Below are positions 25,631 through 34,647 of a DNA stretch of 64,000 bases, in pieces. Below the pieces are notes generated by a model. It did no database searches and was not told the DNA's origin. It was given only the letters and a program-made list of their open reading frames with translations. How positions within the stretch are numbered: the stretch's first letter is position 1; every line of letters begins with the position of its first letter. Position numbers and translations under genes: made by a program. Source of the DNA: Deltaproteobacteria bacterium (lineage in GTDB: Bacteria > Desulfobacterota > GWC2-55-46); contig JACRCL010000027.1 in NCBI GenBank assembly GCA_016219015.1, positions 721-64,720 on the forward strand. The letters are read 5' to 3'.

Positions 25631-26743
25631 CTATTGCCCGAGCGCCTCGAGGACTTTCTTGAAGACCTCTTCAGCCGTTATATCTATAACGCACTGCCTG
25701 TGCCCGAGCCTGCATTTGTACGGCGTAAGGAACGTGTGCGAGCATGGGATGCAGTCGAAGCCCTTTTCCTGGACTATCACGCTCCCTTTGCCTATCGGCC
25801 TCTGGTCGGCCATGTCGCACGGCCCGGCTATGTCTATGACGGGGACCCCGCACGCGTCGGCCATGTAGATAAGCCCGGTATCTACGCCTATGACGAGCGA
25901 GAGCCTTTTCAAGAACTCAGGCCCCTCGCCGAGCGGGACCTTCCCGCTTAAATCGATCACCCGCTGGCCGTCTTTTACAAAGTCCGCTATCTCCCTCGCC
26001 GCGCCCGTCTCGCTCTCGGCCCCGAGGAGGACTATCTTCGCCTTCGTCTCCCTCATTATCATGCCCGCGAGGGTTACGAACCTGTGGTTGCCCCAGTCCT
26101 TGAGCTGGTTTCCCGTGCCGAGCGCGAACCCTATGAAAGGCCCTTCCCCCTTTATGAGCGCCTCCGCCCTGTCAGCGGCCCCGGGCGCGGAGCAGACCTC
26201 CTTGTCCAGCGACCACTTGAGTATCCCGAAGTGCCTCAGGCTGAAGAGGTACGTCTGCATCGACATCCGGGGGTGGAAGTGGTACTCGACATGGGTATTC
26301 AGGTTCAAAAACTTCCTTAGCGTCCCCCCGGCGTAATCGGGGTATATGGAGACCCTCTTGCCGATCCCCGCCCAGAAGGGTATGAGTATGTTGGCCGCGT
26401 TAGGCATAAGTATCAGGGCCGAGGAGTACCCCTTTTCCCTTATCATCCGGGCGAAGGCGGCCTTGCCTGAAAGCCCCTTGTATTTATCCTTGTCGAACTC
26501 GATGACCTCGTCTATATGCGGGTTATGTTTTAGAAGCGGCGCGGTCACAGGGTCTATCACCACGCCGAGCCTTATGTGCGGGTACGCCCTCTTTATCTCC
26601 CTGAAGACCGGGGTCGTGCATACCATGTCGCCTATCTTGGCCGTCTGGAAGACGAGTATCGAGCCGTCGTCCTTTTTTTTGCCGAACCTCGATGACAGAT
26701 ATACGAAAGGGTAAGAAATATAAGCGAGCAGCAGATATATCAA
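25631..26743 (-). CDS. glycosyltransferase family 9 (heptosyltransferase-like), copy 2 of 6, with N-terminal TM segment
   Basis: ILVFQTAKIGDMVCTTPVFREIKRAYP...VDTGLIYMADACGVPVIDI. Tail is CIPC...C...C. Confidence 0.88.
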   Translation of the reverse strand: MIYLLLAYISYPFVYLSSRFGKKKDDGSILVFQTAKIGDMVCTTPVFREIKRAYPHIRLGVVIDPVTAPLLKHNPHIDEVIEFDKDKYKGLSGKAAFARMIREKGYSSALILMPNAANILIPFWAGIGKRVSIYPDYAGGTLRKFLNLNTHVEYHFHPRMSMQTYLFSLRHFGILKWSLDKEVCSAPGAADRAEALIKGEGPFIGFALGTGNQLKDWGNHRFVTLAGMIMRETKAKIVLLGAESETGAAREIADFVKDGQRVIDLSGKVPLGEGPEFLKRLSLVIGVDTGLIYMADACGVPVIDIAGPCDMADQRPIGKGSVIVQEKGFDCIPCSHTFLTPYKCRLGHRQCVIDITAEEVFKKVLEALGQ

Positions 26744-27933
26744 GCCAAAACCTCTCCGAAGACCTCTTCGACTCCCTTTACGTAGTTATCGATGCCGAAG
26801 CCCTCGATGACCCTTTTCCTGCCAGCCTCACCCATCTTTACCATGAGCGCCCTGTCCTGGAGGAGGCTTTTTATGGCAGGGGCCAAATGAGAGCCTTCTT
26901 TTAAAAGGAACCCGGTCCTGCCTTCTATTATAAGCTCCCTCGCGCCTGCCACGTCAAAGGCTATGACGGGCTTGCCCATGAGCATGGCCTCGAGTATGAC
27001 CCTCGGCATGCCTTCCTTTTCCGACGGGAAGACGAATATGTCCATGAAGTTTATGTACGACAACGCATCCGTTGAAAAACCCGTAAAGACCACCCTGTCC
27101 CTTATGCCGAGCCTGCGGGCCTCTTCCCTGAGGCTGTCCATCTCGGGGCCTTCGCCTACTATTACGCAGGCCAGCTTAGATTCCTTCAACTCCGATACGG
27201 CCTTCAATAACAGGCTTACCCTCTTCCTTTTTATGAGCGAGCCGACCGTGCCGAGGATAACGGAACCCTTCCTTATCCCGAGATCTTCCCTCAAGCCCGC
27301 GGAGCCGCTGCGCGGCCTTGCGCCGGTATCTATGCCGTTGTAGACGACCCTGCACTTATCGGGGCTTACGCCCGAGCCCACGAGGCTGTCCTTGACGCCA
27401 TTCGATACGCATATCACCCTGTTGACCCAGTTGTTCACGGCGTCGGCCTCGAAGGGGTTCAGGGCCACGTCTATCCGAGAGTGCTGGATGCAGGGCACGC
27501 CAAGGGACTTTGCCGCGAGTATGCCTTCGAGGTTCGAGGAGGGCTGGTTGTTCATGTACAAAAGGTCGTAGCCCCCTTCCTTCAATACGGCCGCTATCCT
27601 CTTCGAGTCCGGGAGTATCCTGTTAATGTACTCTATCGAGAAGATGTACTTCTTCTTAAGCGCGCCGCTGAAGAAAAGGACCGAGCGCACGACCTCTTTC
27701 ATCCCTTTCAGGTAAGCGCTCCTCCTCCCCCGGCCGAGCTGGACGAACCCGATGCCTATCTTATCAAGCTCTGTGGAGATATCCGAGCCCGCGCCCATTT
27801 TGTAATTGTTGCAAAACAGGGCCGTGAACCCGAACCTCTTCCTGTCCGCCCTCTTGAGGAGCTCAAGGAGGCTGTTGGTGCCCCCGCCCCACTCCTTGCC
27901 GGTATCGAGGATGAGTATCTTCTTAAAGGACAT
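26740..27933 (-). CDS. glycosyltransferase family 4
   Basis: GT-B fold: GGGTNSLLELLKR...FPSEKEGMPRVILEAMLMGKPVIA. 4-nt overlap with the downstream gene. Confidence 0.9.
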   Translation of the reverse strand: MSFKKILILDTGKEWGGGTNSLLELLKRADRKRFGFTALFCNNYKMGAGSDISTELDKIGIGFVQLGRGRRSAYLKGMKEVVRSVLFFSGALKKKYIFSIEYINRILPDSKRIAAVLKEGGYDLLYMNNQPSSNLEGILAAKSLGVPCIQHSRIDVALNPFEADAVNNWVNRVICVSNGVKDSLVGSGVSPDKCRVVYNGIDTGARPRSGSAGLREDLGIRKGSVILGTVGSLIKRKRVSLLLKAVSELKESKLACVIVGEGPEMDSLREEARRLGIRDRVVFTGFSTDALSYINFMDIFVFPSEKEGMPRVILEAMLMGKPVIAFDVAGARELIIEGRTGFLLKEGSHLAPAIKSLLQDRALMVKMGEAGRKRVIEGFGIDNYVKGVEEVFGEVLA

Positions 27934-29041
27934 CCGCCCCCTTCAGGGTCTCCATTATATATTCGGCGAGCTTCCCGTTGTGCATGGAGCCGCGGGCAAG
28001 CTCGTTCCCCTTCCCGGCGATCTTTTGCGCGGCAGAGGGGTTGCCGAGGTAGAACTTGAGCTTGCCCTCCAGGTCGCTCAGGTCGCTTTCGATGAAGACG
28101 CAGTTCTCGCCGTCTTTCAGGGGCCGGGCGAACTCTATGGACGGCCGCGTGGCGAACAGTAGCGCGCCTGAAAGGAGCACCTCGTAATGCCTGAAGCAGT
28201 CCCATCCCCTCCCGGGGAGGCTTATGCCTATTTTCGAGTCGCAGAGGAGCTTATAGAACTCCTGTCTGCCCAACCTTCCGCTCCTTGCCGTAGCTATCTT
28301 ATGCCTCCCCTCTATGCCTTCCAGGAAGCGCAGGGTCCTTGTGCGGATGTGGTTAGTGAAAGGGTCGCAGATGAAATTTATATCAAGTCCGCGCTCGGCG
28401 TAAGGCTTCAGATTATTGATATCAAAAAAGCGCGATACGAGCTCCCTGTCGTAGGATATCCAGCAGGGCCTGAGCTTGTCCGCGAGCTCGACTTTTTTCT
28501 CGTTCTTCAGCTGAGATTCGAACATCCTGAAGCAGAAAAACCTGTCGAACGGCAGCTCCCTTTTGAAGTAGAGCCTGCAGTTCAGAAGAAGGTCGAGGTT
28601 GACAGACCATATGAACGGGTCGTCGGTGTCGTCTATCACGATAAAGGGCGGGAGCCTGACCCCCTCCTTTATCCAGTCTGTCACGATGGTGCCGCCGAGC
28701 TTGTGCTTGTTCGCCTCGAGCGAATACTTGAACTCCCTCGTGACCCTCGATATCAGGCCGTGCTTGCCGGCCATGTAGTCTACACGGCTGACCGTGGTGA
28801 TTATAAGTCCGTAATGGCCCTTTTTGAGGTTGTCTTCGACCGCATGGTACTCGGGGTACGAGATATCCGAACCTTTGAACTTGAACTCGTAATCGCCGAT
28901 GCCGCTCAGGCTCTGGGTAAGTATGTTCGGGTAATGATCTAAACCGGCGCCCCAGCCTTTGAGCCCCAGAAGCACATTATCAAACCCCGGCAGATGCGAC
29001 CCCGAGTGCCTCTTTGGCGTGCCAATTACGAGTATCTTCAT
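27923..29041 (-). CDS. CgeB-like (Glyco_trans_1_2-type) putative glycosyltransferase
   Basis: C-terminal CFRHYEVLLSGALLFATRP...GENCVFIESDLSDLEGKLKFYLGNPSAAQKIAGKGNELA resembles the CgeB spore-maturation/GT1_2 domain. The N-terminal part is unassigned. Confidence 0.7.
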   Translation of the reverse strand: MKILVIGTPKRHSGSHLPGFDNVLLGLKGWGAGLDHYPNILTQSLSGIGDYEFKFKGSDISYPEYHAVEDNLKKGHYGLIITTVSRVDYMAGKHGLISRVTREFKYSLEANKHKLGGTIVTDWIKEGVRLPPFIVIDDTDDPFIWSVNLDLLLNCRLYFKRELPFDRFFCFRMFESQLKNEKKVELADKLRPCWISYDRELVSRFFDINNLKPYAERGLDINFICDPFTNHIRTRTLRFLEGIEGRHKIATARSGRLGRQEFYKLLCDSKIGISLPGRGWDCFRHYEVLLSGALLFATRPSIEFARPLKDGENCVFIESDLSDLEGKLKFYLGNPSAAQKIAGKGNELARGSMHNGKLAEYIMETLKGADVL

Positions 29042-29050
29042 GTCCCTCTT

Positions 29051-29671
29051 TTACGTCTTCCTCGCCACGGCCGCTATGCCCGGGGCGTAATCCAGCCTCA
29101 TGAGCCTGAGGAAAGGCCTGTAGAGAAAGGCTATCAGCCTGTCCTTGAGGCTGAAACGGCCGCACCTGTAGACCTCTATGTTTTCAAACCCTGCCGAGCT
29201 TAAAAGCCCGTACAGCTCGTCGTACCTGAACGGGGTGACATGCGTGCAGTCGCGCCAGAATACCACGGGGTGGCAGACGTTCGGCGTCGTGACCATGAAT
29301 ACCCCGCCCTCCTTAAGGAGCCTGAACGCAGACCTAAAGCATTCTATGGCCTCTTTTACCCCCATGTGCTCTATGACCTCGAAGGCCGCAGCCGCGTCAA
29401 ACGTCCTGTCTATCGAGTTCAGGTCGTGGTAATCATGCTTGAGGCTCCTGTCGATGTCGCAGCTGAAGTAACTTATTTTAAGCCCCCTGTTGGAAAGGAA
29501 TGCGCCGATGTTCCTGTCATTGGCGCCTATGTCGAGGAGGCTGTCCCCGTCCTTCAAGGCCTTCGCCAGAAGCTCCCCTCCGCTTGCGGCTATCGGGAGC
29601 TTCAGTATGTGCCTTAACCCGGCCGATTGCTTCCTCCCCTTGAAGATCTCATTCCACTCCGTATAGCTCAT
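29051..29671 (-). CDS. class I SAM-dependent methyltransferase
   Basis: SLLDIGANDRNIGAFL (motif I), FDAAAAFEVIEHM, GGVFMVTTPN. Confidence 0.85.
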   Translation of the reverse strand: MSYTEWNEIFKGRKQSAGLRHILKLPIAASGGELLAKALKDGDSLLDIGANDRNIGAFLSNRGLKISYFSCDIDRSLKHDYHDLNSIDRTFDAAAAFEVIEHMGVKEAIECFRSAFRLLKEGGVFMVTTPNVCHPVVFWRDCTHVTPFRYDELYGLLSSAGFENIEVYRCGRFSLKDRLIAFLYRPFLRLMRLDYAPGIAAVARKT

Positions 29672-30743
29672 CCGCCCCCTTGCGAATCCCCTTCATCCGG
29701 TCATATCTATCGATTATGGCCTCGACCACGTGGTCGAACGTATAGTTGGAGGTAACGTGGCTGAAGCCGCTCTCCGCTATCCTCTCCCTCTCCTGGCTGT
29801 TTTTTATGAAGTAGGCGAGCTTATCCTCGAAATCCTTTATCCCTTCGTACACGGCCACATGCCTTCCGGGGGTAAGGACCCTTTTCAGGTCCCTTGACCC
29901 GTCGGTAAGTAGAAAGGCCTTGCAGGCGGGGACCTCAAGCACCCTCATGTTCATGCCGCTCCTCTTCTCGCCCTCGCCGAACCCCCAGTTCGTTATATTG
30001 AGCACGACCCTGCTTTCGTTGTAGAGCCTTACAAGCTCCTTCCCCTCGATATAGTCGCCCTTCAAAAGCCTGTACAGAGACAGGTTGAAAGGGTTCTTGT
30101 TGAGCCACTTCGGGCCGTAGAGGGCGGCGTTCCTCGATACCTTCAAGGCGCTGTCGATGAACGTCTTCCTCTTGGGCGACCACGCGCCCACGAAGGCCCA
30201 GTCGTACCGCTTCTCGACCTCTTCCGGGTAAAAGGCCCGGGTATCGACCGAGTGCTGGAGGAGGCTTGTATTTTCGATCCCCCTTCTCCGTGCCTCCTCT
30301 ATGCAGGACGAGTTCATGAAGAAATAATGGTCAAAGAGCCCTATCTCATTGAAAGCCTCGCCCATCCTCTCCTCTTTCTCTATCCACCAGCCGAACAGCA
30401 GCGCGTCCTTCCTTATCTCGCGGAGCACGTCCTCCCTGAACCTTATCCCCCTTATCATTAGCACCATGTCAGGAGAGAACTCCCTGAACTTCTCCAGCAG
30501 TTTTCCGCTCCTGTAATGAAGGTGGGCGAGGGGATGGCTCTCGAAAAACCCCCTCGACTTGGGTATTATTCGCATGTTGTGCGCGGTCTTGTTTACATTA
30601 TGGATAATAAAGCGGTCGAACCATGTGTTCGTGTCCGCGTATATCCGCTCTACCTCTACCCCGCGCCTCTTGAAGGCCCTCTCAAGGTATTCTATTATCG
30701 GCGGCCTTCTCGAATAGGCCAAAAGCACCCTTTTAAGTCCCAC
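29649..30743 (-). CDS. CgeB-family (DUF3880 + Glyco_trans_1_2) putative glycosyltransferase
   Basis: ...NESRVVLNIT...GMNMRVLEVPACKAFLLTD...YEGIKDFEDKLAYFIKNSQERERIAESG. GTG at 30743 with a GAGG SD is preferred; the track ORF overlaps the upstream gene. Confidence 0.78.
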   Translation of the reverse strand: MGLKRVLLAYSRRPPIIEYLERAFKRRGVEVERIYADTNTWFDRFIIHNVNKTAHNMRIIPKSRGFFESHPLAHLHYRSGKLLEKFREFSPDMVLMIRGIRFREDVLREIRKDALLFGWWIEKEERMGEAFNEIGLFDHYFFMNSSCIEEARRRGIENTSLLQHSVDTRAFYPEEVEKRYDWAFVGAWSPKRKTFIDSALKVSRNAALYGPKWLNKNPFNLSLYRLLKGDYIEGKELVRLYNESRVVLNITNWGFGEGEKRSGMNMRVLEVPACKAFLLTDGSRDLKRVLTPGRHVAVYEGIKDFEDKLAYFIKNSQERERIAESGFSHVTSNYTFDHVVEAIIDRYDRMKGIRKGADELYGVE

Positions 30744-30748
30744 TTCTT

Positions 30749-31867
30749 TTACCTCGGCTTCGGGGCCAAAACCTCCCCTGCGGCCTTCTCGACCTCGTCG
30801 ACCGTTATCGCCTCCATGCACCTCTGGTAAGCGCACTTCTTGCTTACGCACGGGTCGCAGGTCCTCGGTTTCTGTATCACCCGGTGTATTCCCCTGTCGT
30901 AGAGCGGGCCGGTCTTTTTAGAATCGGCAACGGCATATAGCGCGATGACCGGCGTGCCTACAGTTATGGCGATGTGCATAGGCCCGGTATCCCCGGTGAC
31001 GAAAGCCCCGAATTTTTTAATGAGCGGCGGGACTGATTTAAGCCTTACCTTCCCGGCTGCCACGAACGCCCCTTGCCCTATTTCCCCGGCTATCCCTTCG
31101 CAGAGCCTTACCTCGGCCGGGGAGCCTGTAAGGACGACCTTAAGCCCTTTTTTCACGAGCCTCTTACCGAGCTCCGCGAACCTGTCCGGGAACCACTGCC
31201 TGCTCAAGGTTGACGCACCGGGCTGGAGGCCGACCAACCTGTCGCCCTTTTTTACGCCCCAGCCCACCAATAACTCTTCTACCTTGAATCCGTCCTCTTT
31301 ATCAATAAAAAGTTCCATGCGCTCGCCCTGCGGCGCGCACCCGGCAAGCGCGGCAGTCCTGAGGCGCGCCGCTATCCCGTGGCCGAGGGAGGACCAGTCC
31401 ATTGCAGGCTCCCTGTTCGAGAGAAGAAAACGGAAGGCGCTGTTGTTCGGCAGCTTTATTATGAAACGTGCCCCGCCGAGATAGCACAGGGGCGTAGCCT
31501 GCGGCTCGTTGCCGTGGAATATGAGGGCGAGGTCGAAGTTGTATCGTTTAAGCTCGTTGACCGTCGCGCCGAACCTCTTCCAGCCGCCGTGGTACGGGAT
31601 GACCCCGTCTATGTTCGGGTTGTTCTCGAATAGCTCCATATTGTCTTTATTGAAGAGCGCCGTCACCTTCGCCTTCGGGCAGCCCTTCCTTACCGCCCTT
31701 ATGGCCGGGGTGGAAAGGAGGGTATCTCCTATGGCGGTGGAAGAGACGACGAGGATATTCCTCATCTCCTCTTTTTTCAAATATTCAAGCCCGGTATTTC
31801 TTTTATCGAGCGCCTTCAACGCCTTCAGGTATAGATAGAGGCCGCTTTCGATGGGCTTTAGCCTCAT
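30749..31867 (-). CDS. glycosyltransferase family 9 (heptosyltransferase-like), copy 3 of 6
   Basis: ILVVSSTAIGDTLLSTPAIRAVRKGCPKAKVTAL...TGDTGPMHIAITVGTPVIALY. Tail is CDPC...C...C. The ATG at 31867 overlaps the upstream stop (ATGA). Confidence 0.88.
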   Translation of the reverse strand: MRLKPIESGLYLYLKALKALDKRNTGLEYLKKEEMRNILVVSSTAIGDTLLSTPAIRAVRKGCPKAKVTALFNKDNMELFENNPNIDGVIPYHGGWKRFGATVNELKRYNFDLALIFHGNEPQATPLCYLGGARFIIKLPNNSAFRFLLSNREPAMDWSSLGHGIAARLRTAALAGCAPQGERMELFIDKEDGFKVEELLVGWGVKKGDRLVGLQPGASTLSRQWFPDRFAELGKRLVKKGLKVVLTGSPAEVRLCEGIAGEIGQGAFVAAGKVRLKSVPPLIKKFGAFVTGDTGPMHIAITVGTPVIALYAVADSKKTGPLYDRGIHRVIQKPRTCDPCVSKKCAYQRCMEAITVDEVEKAAGEVLAPKPR

Positions 31868-32676
31868 GCCTTCTTCATCCTTATATATAGCTCCGAGATG
31901 AGCGGGCTCGTGTAGACCTTGAGCCGGGATTTCAACCACTGGACCTTGTCCTTTACGACTATCCTCTGTATGGCGAAAGGGTCGCTCCCCCTTTTGACTA
32001 TCCCGTGGCCGGTAGTAAAGACCCCTCTGTAGCCGGCCTCCTTCGCCATCTCCACCGACTTCGCGACATACCGCCCCTTCGGCCAGCAGAGGTAATCGCA
32101 CGGTTTTTTGAGGCGCGCCTCAAGGGCCTCCTTCGAGCCCTTGAGCTCAATCAAAAGCTCGCCGCCTGTTATGCGGTCGCAGCTTTTGTGGGAAACGGTA
32201 TGGGAGTGGAACTCTACGAGGCCGCTTTCTTCCATCTCTTCAGCCATCTCCCAATCGACGACCGCCCTGTTGTGGAACCCCTTTTCTATTAATAACTTCG
32301 TCTCGCTGTGCGACGGGGGTTTGCTCTTGAACTCCTCTATGAGCGCCTCTTTATCGATTGAGGCGTTGGCCTCAGTGGCCTTCTCAACCCAGCCCGTCAC
32401 GGCGAATACGGCGGCCTTTATCCCGTATGACAGAAGGGCCGGGAAGGCGTATACGTAGTTATCGAGGTAGCCGTCGTCGAAGGTGACGGCCACCGCCTTT
32501 TCTTTTATATCGAGCCTGCCTTCGATGAACGCCAGCACCTCGCCGAGGGCAAGGGTCCTGTAGCCCGCGTCCTTTATATGGCGCATCTGCGCCTCGAACG
32601 TCCGGGGCGTGACCGTCACCATGTCGCCCTCCCTCGGGCTTACGTGGTGGTACATTAGGACAGGCAGTACAGGCAT
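31864..32676 (-). CDS. polysaccharide deacetylase (NodB homology domain) family protein
   Basis: VLMYHHV...FEAQMRHIKDAGYRTL...VAVTFDDGYLDNYVYAFPALLSYGIKAAVF...HSHTVSH. ATG at 32676; the track extension runs into a family A repeat. Confidence 0.88.
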   Translation of the reverse strand: MPVLPVLMYHHVSPREGDMVTVTPRTFEAQMRHIKDAGYRTLALGEVLAFIEGRLDIKEKAVAVTFDDGYLDNYVYAFPALLSYGIKAAVFAVTGWVEKATEANASIDKEALIEEFKSKPPSHSETKLLIEKGFHNRAVVDWEMAEEMEESGLVEFHSHTVSHKSCDRITGGELLIELKGSKEALEARLKKPCDYLCWPKGRYVAKSVEMAKEAGYRGVFTTGHGIVKRGSDPFAIQRIVVKDKVQWLKSRLKVYTSPLISELYIRMKKA

Positions 32677-32692
32677 GGCGTATTCGCAGGCT

Positions 32693-32824
32693 ACTCTAAA
32701 AATTGTTCTTTTTCCTGACCTCTGCGTCAGGTCAAAAATAAAAATGCTCACATATTAACATATATGCTGCGCTTTTTATTTTCGCCCTTCCTTGACTTCA
32801 GAAAAAATTCCTAATTTTTAGAGA
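32693..32824 (-). repeat. family A element, copy 3 (inverted orientation)
   Basis: Reverse complement of copies 1 and 2. Lies between the GT4 stop (32835) and the deacetylase start (32676). Confidence 0.9.
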
Positions 32825-32834
32825 CAGCCTTCGG

Positions 32835-33932
32835 TTATCTCCCTCTCTTATTAAGAAGACCCGTATAGAGCGCGTAGAGCTTATCCACCATCTTATCGGT
32901 CGAGTACTCCTCCTCCACCATCCGTCTACCCCTCTCGCCCATCGACGCCCGGAGCTCGCCGTCCTTTAAAAGCCTTATTACCGCGCCTGCGAGCCCCTCC
33001 GGGTCTTCGGGCTCGACGAGGAGCCCCGTCGAGTTGTCGCGGACGACCTCGGGCACGCCGCCGACCTTCGTCGAGATAACGGGCTTGCCCATGGCCGAGG
33101 CCTCGAGTATCGAGGTCCCGAGAGCCTCCTGCAAAGTCGGCAGCACAACCATGTCGAGGCCCTTAAGTATCGAGGGCACGTCGGGGCGGAGCCCCAGTAA
33201 CCGCACATTAGAGCCTATGCCGAGCTTTTTTATCTGGGCCTCGATATTCTCCTTCTGAGGGCCGTCGCCGGCGAAGACGAAAATGGTATCCGGGGCTTCT
33301 TTTAAAATGGAGGGTATCGCGTCAAGGAGCACGTGGTGCCCTTTTTTCCTACGCAGTATCGCCACGGTCCCGACTATGAGCGTGACCCTTCCGGCCCCGA
33401 GCTCATCCCTCAGAGTGTCCTTTACGGAGGCGGGGCTGAACCTCTCAAGGTCTATCCCGGTCGGTATCGATACCACCCTGTTGCCGTCTATGCCCTTTTC
33501 CGAGACAAGGTACCTCCGGACGTAATCGCTTACCGTCACGACCATGTGCGGGAACATTGAGTAGGTTATCTTGGATGTTATGGGCAGGGCCAAATGTCTT
33601 GTCCTGACGATCACCGGCTTTCTTCTGGAGAGCCTGCCCGCCACCGCGCAGATGAAGCTGTCGTCCCCGCTGTGGGTCGAGATGACGTCTATGTTCTCGG
33701 ACTTTATAAGCCCGAGGATGTACCTCACGGCCCTTAAGTCCCGGTTCGACCTCATCGGGTGGGTCCTGACCTCGAGCCCGGCGGCCTCGGCCCTGTCTTT
33801 CAGCCTGCTGTCGGGCTTGCAGAGCACGATGGCCCTTGCGCCGAGCCTTTTAAGGCCGACGCACTCGTGGAGCGTCCTGTTTTCCTGGCCGCCCCAGCCT
33901 AAAGAGGATTCTGAGTGTAGAATGGTGAACAT
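32835..33932 (-). CDS. glycosyltransferase family 4
   Basis: SLGWGGQENRTL...VLPTLQEALGTSILEASAMGKPVISTKVGGVPEVV. Confidence 0.9.
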   Translation of the reverse strand: MFTILHSESSLGWGGQENRTLHECVGLKRLGARAIVLCKPDSRLKDRAEAAGLEVRTHPMRSNRDLRAVRYILGLIKSENIDVISTHSGDDSFICAVAGRLSRRKPVIVRTRHLALPITSKITYSMFPHMVVTVSDYVRRYLVSEKGIDGNRVVSIPTGIDLERFSPASVKDTLRDELGAGRVTLIVGTVAILRRKKGHHVLLDAIPSILKEAPDTIFVFAGDGPQKENIEAQIKKLGIGSNVRLLGLRPDVPSILKGLDMVVLPTLQEALGTSILEASAMGKPVISTKVGGVPEVVRDNSTGLLVEPEDPEGLAGAVIRLLKDGELRASMGERGRRMVEEEYSTDKMVDKLYALYTGLLNKRGR

Positions 33933-33935
33933 ATA

Positions 33936-34625
33936 TCAGGCTACGCGCCGGTCCTGCTCTATATGGATGATCAGGTGGTCTCCAAGAAGGACCTCTCTGG
34001 AGGACAGATACTTGAGGAGCTCGGCCTTTTCAAGGTGGCTTTCGAAAAGGAGGCCGAGCGAATAGAGGGCCTTCAAAAACGGGTAGAGCGGGAGGTTCGA
34101 GGACTTCATCTTCGATGCCTTGAGCGCCTTCAATCTGAAGTTGTTCCTCTTTACGAACTCGAGTATCTCCACGAAGGAGATGGGATGGTACGAGATGGAA
34201 TCCCACTCCTTGCTTATATCGACCGTGCGCACGGGCTTGAAGTGCGGGTAATAGCCCCTGCGGAGAAAATACAGCCTCGAACGGGCGGAGAGGACGTTCG
34301 GGACGCTCAATATGACCGAGCCGCCCGCCTTCAGGACCCTCCTGAACTCCCTGAAAAGCACCGCGTGGTTCTCAAGGTACTGCAGCGACTCGCTGCAAAG
34401 GACGTAGTCGAAAGAACCGTTTACGAAAGGGAGCATTTCGTTCATGTCCGCCTTCACGAACCTCCCCTTGAGCCGGGTCCTGTCATAGAGGTCGAGGGAG
34501 AATACGTCGAACCCCTTTTCTTCGAGTATGAGCCCGAGGGAGTCCCCGCCTGAGCCCGCGTCAAGGAGCCTGCCCGGCTTTAAACCCTTCAGAAAGTTAA
34601 GGACCGCGAGCTGATGCGCCTTCAA
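33936..34625 (-). CDS. class I SAM-dependent methyltransferase
   Basis: RLLDAGSGGDSLGLILEEKGFDVFSLDL...FDYVLCSESLQYLEN...GGSVILSVPN. Confidence 0.85.
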   Translation of the reverse strand: MKAHQLAVLNFLKGLKPGRLLDAGSGGDSLGLILEEKGFDVFSLDLYDRTRLKGRFVKADMNEMLPFVNGSFDYVLCSESLQYLENHAVLFREFRRVLKAGGSVILSVPNVLSARSRLYFLRRGYYPHFKPVRTVDISKEWDSISYHPISFVEILEFVKRNNFRLKALKASKMKSSNLPLYPFLKALYSLGLLFESHLEKAELLKYLSSREVLLGDHLIIHIEQDRRVA

Positions 34626-34647
34626 GGATTCTCCAGCTTGTTGCCGA

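Noticed and set aside
26673-26680. A8/T8 runs in other coding regions as phase-variation sites (GT9 gene at 26673-26680, truA at 58933-58940).
   Set aside because: These simply encode KKK in intact frames, including in a housekeeping gene. Nothing in the sequence suggests tract-dependent expression, unlike the 6620-6627 case.
32693-32824. Outward-facing promoter inside family A elements (TTGACT, 17-nt spacer, TTTTTA).
   Set aside because: The -35-like TTGACT is good but the -10 candidate is poor. In all five copies it would drive transcription antisense to, or away from, the adjacent genes, so the support is insufficient.
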